Below are positions 54,772 through 62,836 of a stretch of 64,000 nucleotides of DNA, piece by piece. Below the pieces are notes generated by a model. That model saw only the letters and a list, made by a program, of their open reading frames with translations, was not told the DNA's origin and did no database searches. The stretch lies in assembly GCA_019311105.1 (NCBI GenBank), contig JAFDDA010000064.1, positions 7,593 to 71,592 on the forward strand. Reading direction: 5' to 3'. Each line of letters opens with the position of its first letter. Position 1 is the first letter of the stretch. The translations under genes and the position numbers were made by a program. Origin of the DNA: Deltaproteobacteria bacterium (GTDB lineage: Bacteria; Myxococcota_A; UBA9160; JAFDDA01).

Positions 54772-56132
54772 CGCAATACACTGAGCAGCCCGAACTCCTC
54801 GAACCGATCGGCTCCATCGACGACCTCGTGGGGTTGTTCCGCAGCGGGGAGAAGCCGCGCGAGGCGTTCCGCATTGGCACCGAGCACGAGAAAATTGGCC
54901 TCCACGAGGCGACGCTGCGCCCCATCCCCTACGAGGGCGAGGGCGGCATCGAGGCCCTGCTCGAACGCCTCGCCGAAGAGCACGAGATGACGCGCGTCCA
55001 GGAGGCCGGGCGCACCATCGCGTTGAAGCAGGGCAAGGCGAGCCTGACCCTCGAACCCGGCGGGCAACTCGAACTCTCCGGCGCGCCCCTCGAGACCATC
55101 CACGAGACCTGCAAGGAGTTCCACGACCACCTGGAGCTGCTGCGGCCCCACGCCGAGGCCCTCGGCATCGTGTGGCTCGGCCTCGGCATCCACCCCTTCC
55201 ACGGCGTCGACGAGATCCCGCGCATGCCCAAGGCGCGCTACGACGTGATGCGGTCCTACCTGCCGACGCGCGGTGGGCTCGCCCTCGACATGATGCACTG
55301 CACCGCCACGGTCCAGGTGAATCTCGACTTCACCGACGAGGCCGACATGGCGCGCAAGATGCGCGTCGGTCTGGCCCTCACGCCGATCATCTCGTCCGTG
55401 TTCGCGAACTCGAGCCTCGCCGCGGGCAAGGACAGCGGCTTCGCTTCGCGCCGGCTGAACATCTGGCGCGACACCGACCCCGATCGCACGGGCCCGCTGC
55501 CCTTCGCCCAGGTCGAAGGCTTCGGCTACCGCGACTACGTGGAGTGGGCGCTCGACGCGCCGGTGTTCTTCATCCTGCGCGGCGAGCGGATGCTCCCCCT
55601 CGGTCGCAAGACCTTCCGCCGCTTCATGGCCGAGGGCCACGAGGGCGAGCACGCGACGCTGGCCGACTTCGATCTCCACCTGACCACGGTCTTCCCGGAC
55701 GTCCGGCTGAAGCGTTTCATCGAAGTGCGGGGTGCCGACGCGGTGCCGCCGGGCCTGACCTGCTCTTTGCCGGCGCTGTGGAAGGGCCTCTACTACGACC
55801 CCTCCGCCCTCGACGCCGCCTTCGAAATGGTGCGCCCCTGGACACCGGCCCAGGTGGAGGCGGGCCTCGACGACGTCGCCCGCCGCGGTCTCGCAGCCGA
55901 GCTCGCCGGCCGGCCCGTCGCCGAGTGGCTGAACGAGGTCACCGACCTCGCCGCCGAGGGCCTCCGCCAGATCGACGACCAAAACGCCAGCGGCGAGGAC
56001 GAGCGACGCTTCCTCGAGCCGGTTCGTGAGCAATTGGCCCTCGGCAAGAGCCCCGGCGAGGCGGTGATCGAACGCTGGGAAGGCGAGTGGCGAAGGTCGC
56101 CCGAGCGGTTGATCGACTACGCGCGTTACTGA
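54768..56132 (+). CDS. gshA: Glutamate--cysteine ligase, GCS2 (plant/alphaproteobacterial) type
   Basis: GTG at 54768 overlaps the upstream TGA, giving 454 aa. Blocks are GTEHEK, LEPGGQLELSG, MHCTATVQVNLDF, IWRDTDPDR and FPDVRLKRFIEVRGAD. Confidence 0.85.
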   Translation: MTQYTEQPELLEPIGSIDDLVGLFRSGEKPREAFRIGTEHEKIGLHEATLRPIPYEGEGGIEALLERLAEEHEMTRVQEAGRTIALKQGKASLTLEPGGQLELSGAPLETIHETCKEFHDHLELLRPHAEALGIVWLGLGIHPFHGVDEIPRMPKARYDVMRSYLPTRGGLALDMMHCTATVQVNLDFTDEADMARKMRVGLALTPIISSVFANSSLAAGKDSGFASRRLNIWRDTDPDRTGPLPFAQVEGFGYRDYVEWALDAPVFFILRGERMLPLGRKTFRRFMAEGHEGEHATLADFDLHLTTVFPDVRLKRFIEVRGADAVPPGLTCSLPALWKGLYYDPSALDAAFEMVRPWTPAQVEAGLDDVARRGLAAELAGRPVAEWLNEVTDLAAEGLRQIDDQNASGEDERRFLEPVREQLALGKSPGEAVIERWEGEWRRSPERLIDYARY

Positions 56133-56193
56133 TAGAGTTCCGCCGTCGCGGGGCTTCTGAGTGATAGAGTCCCGCGGGTCGCGAGCCCGGACC
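56130..56193. repeat. 32-bp imperfect tandem duplication starting at the gshA stop codon
   Basis: tgatagagt(t/c)ccgc... occurs at 56130 and 56162. Confidence 0.75.
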
Positions 56194-56226
56194 CAAAAGC
56201 GACCCAAGCCGGGAGGCACCCCCAGA

Positions 56227-56793
56227 ATGGCCACCAAGCCGATCAGGATCGTTTTCGACCTCGACAAGCACGACGTCGAGTACTTCAAGAAGCTCTTCGA
56301 GAAGGCGAAGCGCAACGTGTCGAAGCTCGATCCCGACGCGGTGCTCTCCGAGGGCAAGGCCCTGGTGAAGAAGATCCGGCGGTCGAAGCGGGTCCCGCCG
56401 TTCGTGCTCCAGGCCATCGAGCCCCTCGACGACCTGATCAGCATGCTCGAGGACAAGGACTACGAGGTCCCGAAGCCGATCTACAAGGAGATCCTGGCGA
56501 CGCTCGCCTACTTCTCCGACCCGGACGACTTGATTCCCGACTCGATCCCGGGGCTCGGTTACCTCGACGATGCGATCATGACGCGCATCATGGAGGAACA
56601 GTTCGAAGCGGAGCTCTGGGGCTATCGGAAGTTCGTCACCTTCCGCGAGCGCTCCGAGCAGCGGCCGTGGGCGAGCCCGGCGCGTTCGCGGCTCTCGGAA
56701 CGCCTGGGCCAGGAGTGCGCGAAGATCCGCGAGCAGATCACGGAACGCCGCACCAAACGCAAGGGGAGGGGCCGCTTCGGCCTCGACTGGTAG
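56227..56793 (+). CDS. DUF1232 (YkvA-like) domain protein
   Basis: ATG at 56227, in frame in ORF 56161..56793. It contains the DLIPDSIPGLGYLDD motif. Confidence 0.65.
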   Translation: MATKPIRIVFDLDKHDVEYFKKLFEKAKRNVSKLDPDAVLSEGKALVKKIRRSKRVPPFVLQAIEPLDDLISMLEDKDYEVPKPIYKEILATLAYFSDPDDLIPDSIPGLGYLDDAIMTRIMEEQFEAELWGYRKFVTFRERSEQRPWASPARSRLSERLGQECAKIREQITERRTKRKGRGRFGLDW

Positions 56794-56810
56794 GAGGCAA
56801 CCCTCCGCCG

Positions 56811-57953
56811 ATGTCTGACCCGGCACGCGACCGACTCCTGATCGTCGACGACGAGGACGCCATCCTCGAGACGATGACGTTCACCTTCGAGGACGACTAC
56901 GACGTCCTGACGGCGGGGAGCGCCGAAGCGGGCCTCGCGCTCCTCGAGGAGACGGGCCCCGTCTCGGTGGTGATCTCCGATCAGCGCATGCCCGGCACCA
57001 CCGGGGTCGAGTTCCTGAGCCAGGTCTATGGGCTGCATCCCGCGACGGCGCGAATCATCCTGACCGGCTTCGCCGACATGGACGCCACCATCAAGGCGAT
57101 CAACGACGGCCACGTCTACGCCTACGTCACCAAGCCGTGGGAGCAGGACGACCTGCGCCAGGTCGTGCGCCGCGCGGTCGATTTCTACCGGCTGCGCATC
57201 GAGAACGAGGCGCTGCTCGCCGACCTCGGCCGCAGCAAGATCTTCCTCGAAGCGGTGATGGATCAGCTCGATACGGGCGCCCTCGCCTTGAACCCGGAGG
57301 GCATCGTGCAGGCGGCCAACCGTGCCGTGCTCGACTACCTCGGCATCGACCACGACCCGCGCGGCCACCCGCTGAAGGACGTGCTCTCCGACGAGTCGGG
57401 CAACATGATCTACGAGATCGCCGTGCAACTCGCGGGCGAAGACAGCTACGAAGAAGTGAACATCACGCGCGGGGAGTCGGCGCTTCATCTGCGCGTGAGT
57501 CAGAACCGCTTGAAAGACGCCGAGGGCCAGCAGATCGGCACCGTCATCCTGCTGCGCGAGATCTCCCACGAGCCGCTCCGACGGCAGTTCGAGGACGCGG
57601 TGCAGGAGCTCGCTGCCCAGAATGAGGGGATGCGGGCTCATCTCGAACGCTCGGTGGAGGAGCTTTCGAAGCTGGCGAGCCAGGCGCGGGGTGCGAGCGT
57701 GCGCTCATCGGGCATGGCCGAGCTCGAAGAACGCGCGACCCGCACCATCACGGCGATGCAGAACTGGCTCGATGTCGAAGACACCATCGCGCGCGAGGAG
57801 TACCCCGACGCGCAGCTGCTGATGGATCGCATGCGCGTGGCCCAGGCGCGATGGCCCTTGCCCGAGGCCGTGCCCGCGCCCGTCACCGAGCTCGCGAAAC
57901 GAGTCGAGGCCTACTACGAGTCTGGAGAGAACCCGAGGCAGCGTGTCCTCTGA
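56811..57953 (+). CDS. Response regulator with PAS-like and coiled-coil C-terminal region
   Basis: ATG at 56811, 13 nt after AGGAGG. The receiver is LLIVDDE...ISDQRMPG...KPW, followed by a PAS-like segment. Confidence 0.8.
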   Translation: MSDPARDRLLIVDDEDAILETMTFTFEDDYDVLTAGSAEAGLALLEETGPVSVVISDQRMPGTTGVEFLSQVYGLHPATARIILTGFADMDATIKAINDGHVYAYVTKPWEQDDLRQVVRRAVDFYRLRIENEALLADLGRSKIFLEAVMDQLDTGALALNPEGIVQAANRAVLDYLGIDHDPRGHPLKDVLSDESGNMIYEIAVQLAGEDSYEEVNITRGESALHLRVSQNRLKDAEGQQIGTVILLREISHEPLRRQFEDAVQELAAQNEGMRAHLERSVEELSKLASQARGASVRSSGMAELEERATRTITAMQNWLDVEDTIAREEYPDAQLLMDRMRVAQARWPLPEAVPAPVTELAKRVEAYYESGENPRQRVL

Positions 57954-59643
57954 GCCCGCGCCCGGCCCGGGCGGAGGCGGCCCGGGTGGAGGCGGCCCGG
58001 GTGCCGGGATCGAGCGGCTCGAATACCGGGTCGAACGACTCGATACCACGGTTCGCTTCACCTACGCCTTCCATACGCGCGAAGTCCGCTTCGAACGCAA
58101 TCAGGGTACGGGCTTCGAGCGGACCTTCCCCGAGACGTTCGCTTTCCGCGCCGACCGCCACGACCCGGCGGAGCTCTACCTCCAGCTCGAAGACCTGTGG
58201 ACGAAGCCCCAGCTGATCGCGCCCGGAGCGAACCGGCGCGATGCCGAGGCCTTGATGGCGCGCCTCGTCGAAGCGCTGCCCGGCTATCTCGAGCGCGTGA
58301 TGGATCGCCTCGAAGTGCAGTCGCCTTCGGGCCCGATCCTCTCCCAGGCCTACGAGGACACCGGGATCCTCGCCCTGGTCGTCGGCCGCTTCATGGAGGA
58401 CAAGCCCTTCGAGACCGAGCGCCAGCGGAGCGCCGCCTTCCATCTACGCAAGGTCGCGTTGCGGGCCTTCCGCTCGCTCGTCGAGCGGAGGGTCGAACCG
58501 GATTACCTTGCCGGCTACGTCGCCGGGGAAGTCGACCCGGTCGACCCGAGCGACGACCCGAGCGAGATCGGTATCTTCTACACGCTGCAGCGCGGCGAGC
58601 CCGAGGCCGTCAATCGCGCCGTCGTCCGTGCCGCCGAGCGCAGCTTCCGTCGTTGGCTCGAGGACGTGTGTCTCGACGAGTCGAACCGGGCCTTCGAGAC
58701 CGAGACGAGCCCCTTTGGCGACCGTGAGGCGGAGGTCCTCTCCGCGGTCTGCGTCGCCGGGAGCACGAGGCTCGTGCGCAGCCGCGACCTCGTGCCCTTC
58801 TTGCGGCGGCCGGGCAACCGCGACTGCCTGCGCATCCTCGGAAAGCTCGAGCGTTGGTTCCTGCGCCAGTACGACGTGCCAAACGGCGCGGCGGTGATCC
58901 ACCACGAGGCGGACCTCCTGCGGGGCGGCAAGGGCTCCGACCGCCACCTCTCGATCCACGGCACGCGCAACTACCTGATGGCTCTCGCGGCGGTGGCGAC
59001 ACCCTTCGTCGGCGCGGCCTTCTTCTACGAGCGGGCACCCCTGCTCTTCGACGGGGTCGCGGCCGCGATGGTGCTGGTCGGCATCATCGCCACGTTCTGG
59101 TTCTTCCTCTACCGCTTCGTCTGGAAGCGCGACCTCACGTTCTTCCACGCTTCGGTGCCTCGCATCACGGCGGGCATCATCGTCGGCTACGCGCCCGTGT
59201 TCCTGATCGACGAGGTGTGGGACCTCGCGCGCAGCCCGTGGCCCCAGCTGACCGTGGTGATGGGGCTTCTCGGCTTCATCACCCTGCTCTACCTCTACGT
59301 GGAGGTGAAGAGCCGGATTGCCGACCCGAGCGAGGCCTTCGCGCGGGCGCGTGGGATCTTCCTGCTCGGCGCGCTTCAAGGCGTCGGCATCGGCATGGTG
59401 ATCACCAGCCTGCTCGGCCCCTTCATGGCGGTTCGCAACTGGGCGGCCGAAGACGCCAGCATGTCGGTGGAGTGGGTCCAGGCCACGGCCGCACCCATCG
59501 TCGGGCAACTCCCGCCCGTCCTCGGGATCGGGCCCTTCTATGCCTTCCCGTCGGCGGTGATGCTGTTCACATTCCTTTCGTTCTTCATCGGGACTTTCTT
59601 GCAGCTGCTCTGGGAGGATCTCCCGATCACCGAGCCGATGTAG
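57943..59643 (+). CDS. Large membrane protein of unknown function
   Basis: 566 aa. The GTG start overlaps the RR-PAS gene by 11 nt. It has a Gly/Pro-rich N-terminus, a ~330-aa soluble region, then about six hydrophobic helices. Confidence 0.6.
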   Translation: MSSEPAPGPGGGGPGGGGPGAGIERLEYRVERLDTTVRFTYAFHTREVRFERNQGTGFERTFPETFAFRADRHDPAELYLQLEDLWTKPQLIAPGANRRDAEALMARLVEALPGYLERVMDRLEVQSPSGPILSQAYEDTGILALVVGRFMEDKPFETERQRSAAFHLRKVALRAFRSLVERRVEPDYLAGYVAGEVDPVDPSDDPSEIGIFYTLQRGEPEAVNRAVVRAAERSFRRWLEDVCLDESNRAFETETSPFGDREAEVLSAVCVAGSTRLVRSRDLVPFLRRPGNRDCLRILGKLERWFLRQYDVPNGAAVIHHEADLLRGGKGSDRHLSIHGTRNYLMALAAVATPFVGAAFFYERAPLLFDGVAAAMVLVGIIATFWFFLYRFVWKRDLTFFHASVPRITAGIIVGYAPVFLIDEVWDLARSPWPQLTVVMGLLGFITLLYLYVEVKSRIADPSEAFARARGIFLLGALQGVGIGMVITSLLGPFMAVRNWAAEDASMSVEWVQATAAPIVGQLPPVLGIGPFYAFPSAVMLFTFLSFFIGTFLQLLWEDLPITEPM

Positions 59644-59693
59644 ACGGCTCGGCGAGGCCAGAAGCGCGCGTGGGATGAGGTAACTTTCGGCCC

Positions 59694-60893
59694 ATGGCGG
59701 AGATCCTGATCTACAGCAAACCCGACTGCCCCTACTGCGACATGGCCAAGCGGCTACTCGTCGCAAAGGGCCAGACCTGGACCGAGATCGACATCGAGGC
59801 GGAGGCCGGCAAGCGCGACGAGATGGTCGAGCGCTCGGGCCGCCGCACCGTGCCGCAGATCTGGATCGGCGAGCGCCACGTGGGTGGCTTCGACGCCCTT
59901 GCCGCCCTCGACGGCGAGGGCGAACTCGACTCGCTGCTCGGCGTCTCGCACCAGGAGGTTGGCGTGGAGCACAGCAAGATCGTGATCGTGGGCAGCGGCC
60001 CGGCCGGCTATACCGCCGCGGTCTACAGCGCGCGGGCCGAGCTCGAGCCCATCGTCGTCGCTGGCCTCGAGGCGGGCGGCCAGCTCATGCTGACGACGGA
60101 GGTCGAGAACTACCCGGGCTTCCCCGAGGGCGTGACCGGCCCGGACATGATGGATCTCTTCGAAGCTCAGGCCGCACGTTTCGGTACGAAGATCTACAAG
60201 GAGAACGCCACGCGGATCGATCTCTCGAAGCGGCCCTTCCGCATCGAGACGACCGAGCGCGTGGTGACGGCAGACGCCGTGATCCTGGCAACGGGCGCTT
60301 CCGCCCGCTGGCTCGGGCTCCCTTCCGAGAAGCGGCTCACCAACCGTGGCGTCTCGGCCTGCGCCACCTGCGACGGCGCGCTCTATCGCGGCAAGCCCAT
60401 GGCGGTGGTGGGCGGCGGCGACACGGCGCTCGAAGAGGCGCTCTTCCTCACGCGCTTTGCGAGCAAGGTTTCGCTCGTGCATCGGCGCGACGAGCTGCGC
60501 GGCTCGAAGATCATGCAAGACCGCGCGAAGAAGAACGAGAAGATCGAGTTCGTGTGGAATTCCGAGGTGGACGAGATCCTCGGCGACGACTTCGTGACGG
60601 CGATGCGGGTCAAGGACGTGAAGACGGGCGAGACGCGCGAGCTTCCGGTGGAAGCCGTCTTCATCGCCATCGGGCACAGCCCGAACACGGAACTCCTGAA
60701 GGGCCAGATCGAGCTCGACTCGGTCGGCTACATCAAAAACGAGCCCGGCGGCACGCGCACCTCGATCGAGGGCGTCTTTGCCAGTGGCGATGCCATGGAC
60801 CCGACCTATCGGCAGGCCATCACCGCGGCCGGTACGGGCTGCATGGCGGCCATCGACGCGGAGCGCTGGCTGGCCGAGCAGGAAGCCGAGTAG
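59694..60893 (+). CDS. Glutaredoxin-thioredoxin reductase fusion protein
   Basis: 399 aa. The N-terminal Grx domain has CPYC and TVPQIWIG. It is fused to a low-Mr TrxR with [10 protein letters not shown], the redox CATCDG, and the NADPH motif GGGDTA...HRRDELR. Confidence 0.85.
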   Translation: MAEILIYSKPDCPYCDMAKRLLVAKGQTWTEIDIEAEAGKRDEMVERSGRRTVPQIWIGERHVGGFDALAALDGEGELDSLLGVSHQEVGVEHSKIVIVGSGPAGYTAAVYSARAELEPIVVAGLEAGGQLMLTTEVENYPGFPEGVTGPDMMDLFEAQAARFGTKIYKENATRIDLSKRPFRIETTERVVTADAVILATGASARWLGLPSEKRLTNRGVSACATCDGALYRGKPMAVVGGGDTALEEALFLTRFASKVSLVHRRDELRGSKIMQDRAKKNEKIEFVWNSEVDEILGDDFVTAMRVKDVKTGETRELPVEAVFIAIGHSPNTELLKGQIELDSVGYIKNEPGGTRTSIEGVFASGDAMDPTYRQAITAAGTGCMAAIDAERWLAEQEAE

Positions 60894-60904
60894 CGGCGGA
60901 AGCG

Positions 60905-61972
60905 ATGGATCTTTCCCGAGAGCGCCTCGAGCGCCTGATCGCGCGCTCCACCGACATCGTGGTGGCCACGGACCGCGACGGCGCGGTTTCGTTCTACAAC
61001 GACGGCGCCTCGCTGAGCCTCGGCTACTCCGGAAGCGAGACCCTCGGCCAGCACGCCGCGAAGCTCTACCCGACCCTCGATGAGGCGAAGCGCGTGATGC
61101 GGGCCATGCGCGGCGAGGGGCACGGCGGGCCCGGTGTGTGCGACGCCTTCCAGACCACCTTCATCGCGAAGTCGGGTGAGGAGATCCCCGTCGCCATCTC
61201 GGGCGCGATCCTCTACGACGACGACGGCGATGAGGATGGCACCATCGGGTTTGCGAAGGATCTGCGCGAGATCCTGCGCAAGGATCAGCTCGCGACCCTT
61301 GGCGAGGTCGCGGTGGGCCTCTCCCACGAGATCAACAACCCACTGGCGGTGGTGCTGAACCAGATCGAGCTGCTCGAGAGCGACGTGTGCGAACTCGCGG
61401 GGGAGGGCGACGTCTCGGTCGAGGTGGAACGCATCGATGCGATCCGTCGCGAGGTGGCGCGCATTTCGGAGATCCTCGAACGGGTGAGCGAGATGGCTCG
61501 GGGCGACGAGTACACGACGGTCGAGTACATCGGGCCTGCGCGGATGATCGACCTGCGGCCGCGCGGCGAGCATCGCCACAAGGCGGACGAGCGCATGAAG
61601 GGGTTGCGCATCCTCGTCGTCGACGACGACCTCGGGTTGTGCCGCAGCATGAGCGAGATGCTCGAGCGCGAGGGCTGCATCGTCGAGACGGCGGGCGACG
61701 GCAACGAGGCCCTGGCCAAGCTCGAGGCCGCGCGCTTCGACCTCGTGCTCTCCGATGTCGTGATGCCCGGTATGGACGGCTACGAGCTCTACCGCGCCGT
61801 CCACCAGCGCTTCACCGACCTGCCGGTGTTGATGATGACCGCGTTCCACTACGACAAGGACCACATCATCAAGCGCAGCCGGATCGAGGGGCTCCGCGGC
61901 GTGGTGTTCAAGAAGCCCGTGCAGCGCGAGCGCCTGGTCGAGGCCATCGCCGAAGCGGTGGGCCGGGGCTAG
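60905..61972 (+). CDS. PAS-HisKA-receiver protein lacking a recognisable kinase ATPase domain
   Basis: ATG at 60905, in frame in ORF 60554..61972. A PAS domain is followed by the H-box LSHEINNPL. Only about 45 aa separate this from the receiver ILVVDDD...LSDVVMPG...KKP. Confidence 0.75.
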   Translation: MDLSRERLERLIARSTDIVVATDRDGAVSFYNDGASLSLGYSGSETLGQHAAKLYPTLDEAKRVMRAMRGEGHGGPGVCDAFQTTFIAKSGEEIPVAISGAILYDDDGDEDGTIGFAKDLREILRKDQLATLGEVAVGLSHEINNPLAVVLNQIELLESDVCELAGEGDVSVEVERIDAIRREVARISEILERVSEMARGDEYTTVEYIGPARMIDLRPRGEHRHKADERMKGLRILVVDDDLGLCRSMSEMLEREGCIVETAGDGNEALAKLEAARFDLVLSDVVMPGMDGYELYRAVHQRFTDLPVLMMTAFHYDKDHIIKRSRIEGLRGVVFKKPVQRERLVEAIAEAVGRG

Positions 61973-62062
61973 ACCCATCTCAATAACCCCTTGGTCGTCA
62001 GGCATCTGCCTTCGACCTCAGGCCCTGCCGGATGGGGACGGTTCTATTCGCTGACGAGACGA

Positions 62063-62105
62063 CTGGATACGCAAGGCCAAACCCCGATTCCGCCTTCGGC
62101 GGCGC
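62063..62105 (-). repeat. REP-like element, copy d, abutting the comF stop codon
   Basis: The reverse complement reads gcgccgccgaaggcggaatcggggtttggccttgcgtatccag. Confidence 0.7.
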
Positions 62106-62794
62106 TAGCCGCGACGTTCCGTCGCCGCGGCGCAGACCCCGAAGACCTCGCGAACCCCCGCCGCGTGCAACGCACGCGCCGCAGCCCCGAGCGTGGCCCC
62201 GGTCGTGACCACGTCGTCCACGAGCCACACTCGCTTGGGCGTCGTCCCAGCACGAACCCAGCGAAAGGCACGTGCGACGTTCCGCCGCCGCGCGCGGGCG
62301 TCGAGGCCGGTCTGGCTCGGCGTATCGCGCAGCCGAACCAGCGCGACGGGGTCGAAGGGGACCTCCATGCGTTTCGCCATCTGCCGTGCGAGGAGACCCG
62401 CCGGATTGAAGCCGCGGCTTCGCAGCCGGCGAGGGTGGAGCGGGACGGGCACGACGAGCGCGGGCTCGGGCAGCGACCGCGCGGCGCGATCGAGCAGAGC
62501 CCCGAGCATGGCCTCAGGCGCAGGGTCTGGCAGCAACGTCGCCGGCGGGTACTTGAACGCCCGCACCCAAGCCTCGACCTCGCCCGTGTAGCCCGCCCCT
62601 GCGGCGCAGGCGTCGAGGTTCGGAATGGCCGGTGGCTCGGGAGCCGGCTGGCCGGCGAGGCAACGGCGACACAGGGCGGCGCTTTCCTCGGGCGTTCGTT
62701 GGCAGCGGAAGCAAACCCGCGGACAGAGAAGGTCGAGGGCGGAGGCGATGGCTTCAAACACGGGATGTCCCCGGGACCGGGGCGCTGCCAACAT
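62105..62794 (-). CDS. comF: ComF-family phosphoribosyltransferase-domain protein
   Basis: 229 aa with N-terminal Cys pairs (CPRVCFRC...CRRC) and the PRPP loop VWLVDDVVTTGATL. Confidence 0.8.
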   Translation of the reverse strand: MLAAPRSRGHPVFEAIASALDLLCPRVCFRCQRTPEESAALCRRCLAGQPAPEPPAIPNLDACAAGAGYTGEVEAWVRAFKYPPATLLPDPAPEAMLGALLDRAARSLPEPALVVPVPLHPRRLRSRGFNPAGLLARQMAKRMEVPFDPVALVRLRDTPSQTGLDARARRRNVARAFRWVRAGTTPKRVWLVDDVVTTGATLGAAARALHAAGVREVFGVCAAATERRG

Positions 62795-62836
62795 ATCCCG
62801 CCCGCCCGATCTCGCCAGCCACTAGACTGGCCGTCG

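Noticed and set aside
57955-58010. The GGAGGCGGCCCGGGT x2 micro-repeat as a separate regulatory repeat.
   Set aside because: It simply encodes the in-frame Gly/Pro low-complexity N-terminus of the 57943 gene.
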